64,000 bases of DNA, taken from NCBI GenBank assembly GCA_020633995.1, contig JACKCO010000003.1, forward strand, positions 73,503-137,502, given 5' to 3'. Positions 50,069-60,800 of the stretch are shown piece by piece. Each line of letters starts with the position of its first letter. Within the stretch, counting starts at the first letter, position 1. Source of the DNA: Campylobacterota bacterium (GTDB lineage Bacteria > Babelota > Babeliae > Babelales > RVW-14). Both the position numbers and the translations under genes were made by a program. The notes beneath the pieces are model-generated. The model made no database searches. It was given only the letters and a program-made list of their open reading frames with translations, and was not told the origin of the DNA.

Positions 50069-53000
50069 CTAGTCAAATAAACCAAGGCCCATATCGCCTT
50101 CTTCTTCTTTTTCTTCTGCTACAGGAACCTTCGCATCAACACAGGCCTTTTCAAAAGAGCCTTCTGCTTGATTGATAGGCTCTTTTGTAACATAAAATGC
50201 ATGTTCTCTTGGTTTTTGTGATGTAACCTTGATATACCACGGCTTATCATCACCTACTTCTTTTTGATCCAAGCACGCTTTACCCATGAGCGCAAGCTGA
50301 TTTTTCACATCAGGGTCAAGATCAGGCTTTGACCATTCTGCTCGTATAAATTCAAAGATATTTTTATCTTGCTTATTATCATCATTGTCTATCAATGTCT
50401 TGGCAAGGTACCCATTATTTATCATCCTATGGACAATTTTATGCGCAAAGCCATATTTTTTCTGAGCAAATGCAAGCTGGAGGATATTCAAGCCGTTATT
50501 GAAATTCCATCCTGTAAAATCGTTAGGCTGAGCATAGCGCAAAACGAGATCAATAAGCTGGCCATTATTTTCGTCTGCTTCTCGAATCACATCTCCAAGC
50601 GCATGACATATAACCAACGCATTACCTTGTTTTTGATTATTCAGCACGACCGGCACACCTTGAGTAAACAACGTGCTAAGCTCTGCAGCATTACCACTTG
50701 TCACCGCTTGCTGTACAAAACCTTTAAGCTTTTGGTGCAAAGCATTGGTGTGATCTTGTTGTAGCAGTTGCTGTACGCTCTTTCCAGATGCTCTCAAGGC
50801 CCCAGCAAACGCGTTAACCGTCGTTGCGCTAAGTACTGCTTGGTTTTTTACTTGCTCTTGAGCTTGCTTACGCGCCGCAACTACGTGACGCATTTCAGAA
50901 AACTTACCACCTTGTGCTTCTCCCGCTTCTTCGTCAGGAACTTGAATTATTTCCTCAGTCTCCTTCAGCTTCCAGCCATTCTCAACCTTTTCAAGCAGGC
51001 TGCGAGCCAGATCGTCGTAGGCTTGCTTTGCAGCCTCGGAGTTGTGACTATTTAAATTATATTGATCACACAACGCATCAAATAAATGCGTTTTCTGGTC
51101 ATCGCGACCAACCGTCGCGTACACACCACGCTCGACAAAAGCTTGATGCACAGCGCGTGCAGTAGCTTGGCCACCATCATCTTGACCTATTAATGTCAAA
51201 GCATGCTCAAAATACCGTCCGTTCTGCAGCTGCTCGTCAGGGATTATGTACTGATCGCCATTTTTAGCAGTCAACATTTTTTTTGCTTGGTCAAAGTGTT
51301 TTGCAGTAATGAATCTATGTACAGTATTTGCGTAATCACACTGAACTTCATTTTTAGCAAATGTCAGCACAACATCAATAAGGCCACTTTCTGCGGCAGC
51401 AGTAATCATATCTCCACAATCAATCGTCCTAACATCAAGTTGCTCTCCACCACCTTCATGTGCTGACAACGATTTTTTAAGCAACACGTCAAGTCTATCA
51501 GTTTGGTTGGAATTAACCGCAACCAAAAGTGCTTCTTCAATCTGACCCCGAGTTGGCACACCTTTAACTTTATCGCCATATTCATTTTGATTGTACTGTG
51601 TTGCATTTTCAACCTTGTCAATCATATCATTTGCTTTGTCGAGAACACTGTCAGCTCCCACTGCTTTTGCAAGCTCAAAATGATCAGCAGTCAAGCCTGC
51701 AACGTCACCATGATGAGCTTGACCAAACCACTGCTCAAACTCACTTTGCAAAAAGTATTTTGTTGCTTGATCTGCATTTTTTGCAATGACAGCAAGTTGT
51801 TTTTCTTGACCTCGTTCAGCCAACATTGCACATGCTTGCGTAAGCGTCGTATCTTTCTCGTCAGCTTTGTGCTGCAACATTTGTAAATCGACAAGACCAT
51901 GGCGTGCAAGCATGTCAACAGCATCAGGGCTGTCATACAATGTCTCTAGAAGGCCCTCATGTTCATCGGCTGCTCCTACGTCTTTGCCTCGCTTAAGCAG
52001 ACAGCACATCTTGAAGTAGTTGCGATCACGTTGTGCTTGGAGCAGAGGAGTCAAATCATTATACTGCCCCTTTGTTTCCAATTCATCTTTGGTCATGAAA
52101 CCAAGCAGTGCAGCACCGGTAGCAACATCATCATTTTGCTCAGCAAGCGCAAGCAGTGCATCTTCGCTTGCCTTAAGCGCTTGTAAGTGCTCGTTGTCTA
52201 CGGTCTCGATTTCTGAGTATTCATCTTCTGGTGTCGTTGTAACCTGACCACGACCAACGGCAAACTTGACAATCGCTTCAACCACTGCGGTTTTTTTATT
52301 TTTGATGGCATGCTGAAGTGTTGAATGGTATTCATCGTCATCTTCATCATCGTCGTCATCACCCTCATTGTAAATCACCCAATCAGCATCATGGATCAAC
52401 TTACCTTGCGCATCATTTTGCTCTAGCAAATACGCTACACAGTGGGAATACCCAGCTTGTGCTGCTCGATCGATCATGCACATTCCATCTTTGTCTTCTT
52501 TCTCCAACGTATCCTTACTCACGTCCATGCCAAGCTCGGTGATCATTTCATCACGCTTGCCTGCATCAAGTTTGCACACATCATTGAGTGTTGCTAGTTC
52601 ATCGGAAAGCGTCATGCCTGCAGCTCTGCATTTTTTAACGACAGCTGGTTGGCCAACTACAGCGGCTCGGTCAAGTAAATTTTTTCCTTGTTCATCTACT
52701 GCTTTCAGATCAATGTTAAATCGCTCGGCCTGGGCAACCAAACGATCAAGTTTTTTACCGTCAACATCTTGTTGGTTAAGCATCTTGTCTAACTCACCCA
52801 TCACGCTGTGGTCATGATCACCCGTCACTGCTTGATACCAAGATGCAACGTTTGCCACCAACAACACGCCAACACCCAGCAAGTAACGCATGTCCGTGCG
52901 ATAATCACTCGCCTCACGCAATGCACGCGCAAGCACGTATGCATTTTGCAGCGCAGCACGTGTTTGTGCGTCAGTTTCTGGATGAATTGCAAGTGCCTCA

Positions 53001-53482
53001 CACATTGCCACAGCACCTGCCACGCATGAAAGCACATAGTCATGCATCTGTGCACCGCTGGCAAATTGTGGATCCATTAATTTTTTTTCAAACGCATGAT
53101 CACTCGTTGAAAGCGCATGCAGCCCGTTGGTAAACAGTTGCATTGCATCATAGCCAAACAACAGTCCTTCTTGAATTTTGTTTGCGTTGCGATCTTGCGC
53201 GTACCAGCTGTTGTATGCTTTAACAGCATGGCCTGTCACACGTGCAGCATCACGCACTGCGCAACGTGCATACTGTGCCTTGGTTGAACCACTCCCTTTT
53301 TGCACAGTTACAAACAAATCTGCAAGTGTTTCTACTCCTGCAAACACACACTGTGCTTTTTCTGCCTTGGTTGACACTTTCCAGTTGTCACTAACACTTG
53401 GCATCGTAATCTTGGCGTCACCCTGCACAGTCAGCCCAACACTCAGCACAAGAAGTAACGATTTAAAAAACATTTTACTCAT
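50069..53482 (-). CDS. Exported helical-domain / ankyrin-like repeat protein ending in a eukaryotic ribosomal P-stalk-like tail (1137 aa)
   Basis: The ATG at 53482 has the same ttgATGagtaaa context as the paralog. The signal peptide is MSKMFFKSLLLVLSVGLTVQGDA. The N-terminal domain is conserved. Multiple ankyrin-like units and an acidic run (DDDDEDDDE) are present. The C-terminus is ...VAEEKEEEGDMGLGLFD-stop, read directly from 50069-50119. Confidence 0.88.
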   Translation of the reverse strand: MSKMFFKSLLLVLSVGLTVQGDAKITMPSVSDNWKVSTKAEKAQCVFAGVETLADLFVTVQKGSGSTKAQYARCAVRDAARVTGHAVKAYNSWYAQDRNANKIQEGLLFGYDAMQLFTNGLHALSTSDHAFEKKLMDPQFASGAQMHDYVLSCVAGAVAMCEALAIHPETDAQTRAALQNAYVLARALREASDYRTDMRYLLGVGVLLVANVASWYQAVTGDHDHSVMGELDKMLNQQDVDGKKLDRLVAQAERFNIDLKAVDEQGKNLLDRAAVVGQPAVVKKCRAAGMTLSDELATLNDVCKLDAGKRDEMITELGMDVSKDTLEKEDKDGMCMIDRAAQAGYSHCVAYLLEQNDAQGKLIHDADWVIYNEGDDDDDEDDDEYHSTLQHAIKNKKTAVVEAIVKFAVGRGQVTTTPEDEYSEIETVDNEHLQALKASEDALLALAEQNDDVATGAALLGFMTKDELETKGQYNDLTPLLQAQRDRNYFKMCCLLKRGKDVGAADEHEGLLETLYDSPDAVDMLARHGLVDLQMLQHKADEKDTTLTQACAMLAERGQEKQLAVIAKNADQATKYFLQSEFEQWFGQAHHGDVAGLTADHFELAKAVGADSVLDKANDMIDKVENATQYNQNEYGDKVKGVPTRGQIEEALLVAVNSNQTDRLDVLLKKSLSAHEGGGEQLDVRTIDCGDMITAAAESGLIDVVLTFAKNEVQCDYANTVHRFITAKHFDQAKKMLTAKNGDQYIIPDEQLQNGRYFEHALTLIGQDDGGQATARAVHQAFVERGVYATVGRDDQKTHLFDALCDQYNLNSHNSEAAKQAYDDLARSLLEKVENGWKLKETEEIIQVPDEEAGEAQGGKFSEMRHVVAARKQAQEQVKNQAVLSATTVNAFAGALRASGKSVQQLLQQDHTNALHQKLKGFVQQAVTSGNAAELSTLFTQGVPVVLNNQKQGNALVICHALGDVIREADENNGQLIDLVLRYAQPNDFTGWNFNNGLNILQLAFAQKKYGFAHKIVHRMINNGYLAKTLIDNDDNKQDKNIFEFIRAEWSKPDLDPDVKNQLALMGKACLDQKEVGDDKPWYIKVTSQKPREHAFYVTKEPINQAEGSFEKACVDAKVPVAEEKEEEGDMGLGLFD

Positions 53483-53598
53483 CAAAAACCTTTCGTTTAT
53501 AAAAATGGAAAAAAATGCTTGCTCAACAATATCAAAAAAAATGTTCTTTTAAAATAAATGCTTTTTTAGTTGGGTTTTTTGAAAAAATGAAGAACAAA

Positions 53599-53795
53599 TT
53601 CTGGATCCCGGCTCACAGGCCGGGATGACGCGTGTTGAGGCCGGGATAAGAGTTGGCGAATTCACTACTGTCCAAAGTGTTTTTTGAGGTGCTCGTTGTT
53701 AACTCAAATCCAACAACAAAATTGTCATCCCCGAGTCCCATCGGGGATCTCTGCTTTGAGAATGCCCCTTGCTTGACAAGAGGGCAGGCTTGGGG
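53599..53795. repeat. Hairpin-repeat mosaic (H1 variant, shared spacer, H2 variant, H3 variant with inverted loop)
   Basis: The modules read ttctggatcccggctcacaggccgggatgac, gtcatccccgagtcccatcggggatc and gccccttgcttgacaagagggcaggcttgg. The H2 stem shows compensatory changes relative to 48649-48676. Confidence 0.85.
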
Positions 53796-53823
53796 ATAAC
53801 AAGGGAGTTGTGGCTAGAAAAAA

Positions 53824-54219
53824 TTAATCAAAAAAGAGTGTCGATAAACGCTTAAAACATTGATAGTGCTGATCAAGTCTTTGCGCAAGAGACTGAGCAC
53901 AATCTTCGTCGTACAAATAAGTTGCAAGATTTCTGTCTTCATGAATACTGGAAAGCTCATCTAAATCTTTTTGCGAAATGACTTCTTGCTCCAAACTTTC
54001 TTTAAAAACACCCTTAGGGCTTGCAATAGTGATACCATGCTTGTCATAAAGCAAATCTTTCATACACTTCCAAAAAACATCATAGCACAGCTCGAAGCGT
54101 TTAATTGCACTATCGCGAACCATCTCATAATCAGCAGCACTCTCCATTTTTTCAAGCGATTCTTGCAAGCGAAGCAAAATCTTTTTTAGTCCTTGTTTGC
54201 GCTTTTCTATTTTTTCCAT
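53824..54219 (-). CDS. Nucleotidyltransferase substrate-binding protein, HI0074-like (HEPN superfamily)
   Basis: The 131-aa sequence LKKILLRLQESL...RDSAIKRFELCYDVFWKCMKDLL...SPKGVFKESL... matches the HI0074-type four-helix pattern. It overlaps the upstream NTase gene by 13 nt. Confidence 0.75.
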   Translation of the reverse strand: MEKIEKRKQGLKKILLRLQESLEKMESAADYEMVRDSAIKRFELCYDVFWKCMKDLLYDKHGITIASPKGVFKESLEQEVISQKDLDELSSIHEDRNLATYLYDEDCAQSLAQRLDQHYQCFKRLSTLFFD

Positions 54220-54515
54220 ACAACCTTCGTTTCACCTATTTCTTGTTTAAAATCCTGAGAAACTCCATTAAAATCAACCACACTAATTTTGTACGGAATA
54301 TTAGATTCTTGAAACATATCGCGTGCTTCCCCAACATCAACTCGTTCAAGTTTTTTGCCGGCGTCTAAAGCCAAATCTATATCAGACCATTCACGGTGGG
54401 TTCCCTTTGCCCGTGAACCATACAAATAAATTTTAGCATCAGGAAAAAGTGCTGATAAAACACGAATAATTTTATCTTTATATTTTTGTTGTACACCATC
54501 ATCGTGCATAGACAA
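54207..54515 (-). CDS. Minimal nucleotidyltransferase, HI0073-like
   Basis: The motif is IYLYGSRAKGTHREWSDIDLALD (GS...D-x-D). The protein is 102 aa and pairs with the downstream HI0074-like gene. Confidence 0.85.
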   Translation of the reverse strand: MSMHDDGVQQKYKDKIIRVLSALFPDAKIYLYGSRAKGTHREWSDIDLALDAGKKLERVDVGEARDMFQESNIPYKISVVDFNGVSQDFKQEIGETKVVWKK

Positions 54516-54854
54516 ACCCTCATCAGCAATAATTTGAATTCACCAATTTTTTGAAAGTATAACAAATACATACAAACAAAAAAAAGACGCTCCCATATTC
54601 AATCAAAGCAAGCCCTAGTAGATTACCATCATAAAATGTGCCCCTAACTTAATCAAGCCTTTGTACCAAGCTGTAACTTGGCAAGCCGGGTATTGTTTCA
54701 ACATCTATCCTGCCCAACTATTGACTCGACCACCTTGCTTTTCTTTATAGTAAGAAGTCAGAAATGTAACCTGCGCGTACACGCGCGCGCAAGCACATAC
54801 GCCGCACACGTAAAAAAAACGAGATAACCTGTACCTGGAAAAAAGGATCAGCAC

Positions 54855-57800
54855 ATGAAACGTGCACAACACTATCGCCTTTTCTATCTCCTGCTTATCA
54901 TGCTTTGCATGCCAACTAAAACGTGTGCTCAAACGGCACTATTTGCACAGCCAGCACCTACACCAACACTTACCACGCTTACATCACTGGCTACAACAAC
55001 CGAGGACCCTCTTGCACAACTTGCCTATGGACTGCGTTATGGTGATGTCATACAACTTTCACAATTTGAACAGTTTCTAGCATCACACGAATATTATTTT
55101 AACTATCAAAATGGTTCTGGGCTGCAACAAACTTTTTTATCTAAAAACAATAATGATAAAAACTGGTGGACCAATTTATGGGAAATTCATCCACCTGGCG
55201 GTGTTGGCCTTGACTCCCTACACCCTGTAACCCAAACTCCATATCGCGAAAATTTTGTAAAATCTGGACAAGCAGTTGCACTACGCCACTGGCGAACACA
55301 AAAAAATTTACAAAGCACACAACACGTACTCGTTCAAAATGACAAGACATTATTTTTTGAAACAAACTGTAGTTATCCACAAAACATTGTTGGCAACGCT
55401 GACCGCCTGCTTGTATTTGCCTACAAAAAAAGTGGCAACAATCTCATACCCACATTGCCTGACACAATTTTAACCAATCAGCACACACTCAATTTTCAAT
55501 TCTTTTCAGACCAAGATGAACTACAAACCCAGGCACAAGCGCAACAAAAAAAATATCTAGCCGCAACAAATACAACCATTGATGCTGCACGCCTTGACAA
55601 TCCACAAGCAACTGTAGGCCTGTCTGTGCAAGGTATTGGCGCCGGCACAACACCAAACTACTGGAGCACTGATTTGGTCAGGCTACCTGGTCTTTTTTCG
55701 TCTCTTGTTTTTTCTGAAAATTTTATACAGGAACCAGGCAGTGCGCATAAAGTTGCTGTCAGTCTTTTTAATGGCGTCGCTGAAGTATGGATGCTGGAAA
55801 AAGGAGATGGCATAACCAGCAAAAAACTCTACAAGCTTGATTTGAATGCACAAAACAAATTCCCTTGGGTTGAATTTGTTACAAAAAATAGTCTTGGCCA
55901 ACAGCTTACCTCACTCAAAGATGTAGCCGCCGCATCTGACGGAACGCTATGCATTGTTGATAACAATGGAAAGCTGTATCAATACGACTGGGACAAGCAA
56001 GTGTTTAGCGAACTACCACTTGCGGGTGGAGTGCAAGCACCACCCTTTGACGAAGTTGCCCTTGGCAGCGCACAAAGCATTTGGGCGCGCTCGGCACAAA
56101 CAAATACTGTGTACATGTACAGCAACAACACATGGACACCAAGTCAGAAAAATGCGCTCAATGTTGCTGCAAGCTTTGATGGTTCTGTTTTTGTCATTGA
56201 CACAAATCACAATGTACAACAACTTGCACAAGGTCAGTGGACGCCTATGCCAGGTATTAAACTTGATTTCATTGCAGCAGCAAGCCAAGAGTTTGTTTTT
56301 GGTACATATAAAAATCGAACAACCGGTGTTATTGACCTCTATCAACTCTATCAAGGTCATTGGGAAAGCGTACAAACTAGTTATGGCAGCCCCGCTTCAG
56401 GATTTGAAAAACTTGCCGTCAATACCGAGGGCAACATTTTTGCCACTGACATTTTTGGCAACATTTATAGCAACATTGGCGGTCATGCAGCACCACTACT
56501 GCCGGGAGCTGACATGGCAGGTCCTACTGCAACACTAGGCGGCGTCGACCAAGCAGGCATTGCACTGGCTGGCCAACCAGCGCTCACACAACCGGGAGTT
56601 GGACCCGCTGTCGGACAAATTCCTGGCGCCCCTATGGGCGATCCATTTATGGGTGACCCATTTGGTCCAGACCCATTTGCAGGACAAGTACCGGGAGCTA
56701 TTGCCCCAGCACCTTCAGCACCCGCTCCAGCAGGTGCGTTTAATGATTCATTTGGCCTTGACCCTGGCTTTGAGGGCGCTTCGCTTGATATCATGCCAGG
56801 CTTTGACGTCGCACCAGCTATAACACCTGCTGCCCCTGCTCAAACGTACCAGTCAGAGACATTTTATGATCCCGCACCATATCAACCGCCTGCACCAGCC
56901 TATCAACCCGAACCATTTTACCAGCCCGAGCCATTTTATGAGCCTGCACCATACCAACCACCTGCTCCCGCCTACGATCCGGCACCAATTTACGAGCCCA
57001 CACCAAGTTATGGACCTGACCCTTTTTACCAGCCACCTCAAACGTATGAACCTGCTCCATTTTTTGAAGAACCTTACTATCCACCAGAACCTGCACCATA
57101 CCAACCACCTCCGTACGACCCATTTGCATACGAAGAAGCACTACCGTACGAAGAACCTTTCTATGAACCTGAACCAACACCTGCACCACCACTGCAACCA
57201 ACTCCTGCGCCACTTGAACCAACTCCTGGTCCAATTTTTGGGCTTGATCCTGATGCTTTTCTCGCGCCGCTTGACCCTGTTCCTGGCGAAGGCCAGGGAG
57301 CATTGCCCTCAGAGCCTCCAGCACAAGGGCCAGCGCGTAATCCTAACATTCATTTTTTCAAGTTTAACAATGGCACACCATCAGTCTTTGATGACAAAGA
57401 AGTTGGGGTAGGAAGCCCAGGTGTTTCATTTTTCGATGATAGCTTGGTACTACCAGAAACAGGGAAAGGGACCATCATCTTTCAAGCACGTGCACAAGAA
57501 GGAATACAAATTACCCTTGCAGCAGGAAAACAAGAAAGTGCAAACACCGCATATCAAATTATTATCGGTGCGGAAGGAAACACCGCAAGTGTTATCAAAA
57601 AAGATCCTGCTGGTACACCTGTCTTTACGGTGTACAAACAAGCTCCAGCCAATAACCCTCAAGCACTCGCCAACATTGATGCCATCGTAACCGGAGGGCT
57701 TGGCAATGAAGATAGCCCTATTGGTCAATGGGACGATTATGAAATATCCATCAATAACGGACGGATTGTTTTTGCCAAGGGGTACGGCCAAACTCGCTTT

Positions 57801-60800
57801 GAAGTTTTTGAGTTCATAGATCCCAACCCTATACAAAACATAACGCATGTTGGACTGGGCGGATTAGGTAACACCGTCGAATACGAAAACCTGGAAATTA
57901 TCGCAACACAACTAACAGCACCAGATCTAACGCCACCAGAGGTTCCAATCGCTCCGCCAGCTCAACTACCACCACTACCTCCAGGTGAAGTAGTAACTCC
58001 AGAGCTTTCGTTCAGCCCAGGTGATGCATCATCACCTCATGGAGGCAACGCAGGCAAGGGCGTGTATAACCAAGAAGCGTGGAGCTTGAAAACTGCAAAC
58101 TATGGTACCATTTCATTTAAAGCTCGTGGTGACTTTGGTATACATATAGCCCTCTCGCCACAACCTCAAGATGTTGCTGGTAACATGTATCAGGTAATCA
58201 TTGGCTGGGGGCTGAACATGCGCTCCGTTATCAGCAAGTCTGTTGGCGGCAATATTGAACCATTTGTTTACCGAGTCAGCAAAGAAGAAAACCCGAATGC
58301 TCTTGTTACTGGCGGTAGTGGCACAGGCCAAACCGCGACATGGGATGATTACCGTGTAATCATTGAAGATGACACAATCATTGTTGAAAAGGGTGACGCA
58401 CAAGACCCTATTAGAATTATGGAGTTTACTGACCCCACGCCACTAAGCAACATTACATATGTTGGATTTAGTGCATGGGGTAACATTGAGTATGCCGACA
58501 TCCAAATCACATCACCTGAAGTTGCTCCAACGCCTGCACCTACACCGGTTGAACCTACCACTCCTGGTCCAGAAACTCCCGCTCCACCTCCTACTCCAGC
58601 ACCACCAGCAAGTCCTGTTGCGCAGCTGTTTGCAGCAATCAAAGTGAAAGATGAAAAAAGGGTTGCTGAGCTTATCGCTGAAAAAGTTGATGTTAATGCT
58701 GTCGATGCAACATCAGGCTCAACCGTATTAATGACAGCAGTTACCCAGGGACTTTCACAAACAACACTGGAGCTCATATTGAACGCCGGTGCAAATATCA
58801 ATGCCCAGAATACAAAAGATGGGCAAACGGCACTACACAAAATTATTCGCTTTGGATTTTTAAAATATCAGACAAGCAAGCCCGACATCGTCAAACTCCT
58901 GCTCAGTCAAAAGCCTAACCTTGATATTTTGGATAACAAACAGCAGAGTGCCTTACATATCGCTTTTACAAATGGACTTGTACAAGATGTTGAATTACTT
59001 CTCAACAACAAAGCCGATCTTGATGTCAAAGGAGAAACAGGCAGCTCTGTCCGTGAACTTTATCTCGCATTAAAAGCTCAAGACCCTGCAACACTTAAAT
59101 TAGCTGAACAGCAGCTCATCAAAAAGATTGATGATTATCTGGCAGCTATGGCAAAAGAACAAGCAGAAGCAGAAGCCAAGAAAAAGAAACAGGATGAAGA
59201 AGACGCTAAACGCAAAGAAGAAGAACGCATTAAAAAACTGAATGATTCTCTTTTGGCTGCAATACAAGCACAAGACCAAACAGCAGTTGAAGCCGCCTTG
59301 AAAGCAGGTGCTGATATCGACACTATTAAATTTAATGAAAGCAATGTCGCCGTTGGTACGCCAGTCATTTTAGCCAGCCAGCTAGGCAATGAGACACTGG
59401 TCAGATATTTACTTGCTCAAGGTGCAAATGTTAACGCAATAACAGGCTTACCGCTTCTGATACAAGCGATTTATGATGGACTCAGCCCACAAACCCTGGA
59501 GCTCATCATTAACAATGGAGGCGAAGTCAACAGAACTGGACCAAATAACATGACAGCATTGCACCAGTTTTTGACAGTATTGCCTGAAAAATATACAGCC
59601 GAGCGAAACCTTGTTTTGGGATTCCTGCTTAATTTAAATCCAGACTTGCAGGCATTTGACGCACTCGGACAAACCCCGCTCCACATAGCACTGAAACGAA
59701 GACTGGCTGATGAGTTTGTACAACTTCTAGGACATGGCGCAAACCTTGAGGCAAAAGCAACAACAACTGGCAGTCAATCGGTACGAGAACTATATGCGGC
59801 ACTGAAAACCCAAGATCCACCTCCAACAGACGAACCTACACTCAACTTCATTAAAGTGGTCGATGCATACTTTGCACAACAAACAGAAGAACCAAAGAAA
59901 ATAGACGGACAAACAACAGAGGAAACAACACGGGAAGAAAAACGAACAGGGCAAACAACAGAACCTGAAACAGAACCTGCCCCCCCTGTTGATAAGGCAG
60001 CTTTGAACAAGCAACTTTTTGACGCACTTAATATCATTAATGTAAACGATCCTCCAGAAATAGTTGCAAAACAACAAGCACAAGCGCTTGAACTCATTAA
60101 AAAAGCACTCGACGCAGGCGCCGATGTAGATGCAGCAGACCAATACGGCACCGTCGCAGTATCTGCCACACGAGCCGGTAGCCATGATATTTTGGTTGAG
60201 CTTGTCAGGCGTGGTGCTAATGTTAATGCGCAACACCCTTCAAGCAAAACCCCCATCCTTATCTATGCCCTGGTAAAGGGTTTTCCATTCGATACAATTA
60301 AACTCTTACTTGATAAAGGTGCTAACGTAAATGCTCAAACCGAAAAGATGGTGGACGGTCAGCCGGTCAAGGACGCGACACCTTTACACAGCTTAATAAA
60401 CAGTTTCGGTATAGAATTTTTCGGTTTTAAAGATGAAGCCACACACAACACACTGCTCAATCTCCTGCTTGCACCAGCATATAACGCAAACCCAAATATT
60501 TTTAACGCTAACAACAAAACCCCTCTACACATTGCGTTTGAAAAACGATACGCACAGGGCGTTATTAGCTTAATTAGTGCAGGAGCCAACATTGATGCAG
60601 GCAAACAAGAACAAAAACAAACTGTTCATGATTTGTACAATGACCTTATTGCAAAACAAACCAAGGATCCAACATCTATAGATCAGGCAACACAGGATTT
60701 TCTTGCTGCTATATCGCCACAATTCACCCAAGAACAAAAAAAAGAAGACGAGGAAAAAAAGCAGAAGGAAGCCGAAACATCACCACCAACAGAACCTGAA

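Noticed and set aside
45272-54600. Calling the accessory islet a mobile element, genomic island or prophage
   Set aside because: I found no integrase, transposase, tRNA attachment site or terminal direct repeats. Only TA modules and short repeats are present. It is reported as an accessory region, not as a defined mobile element.
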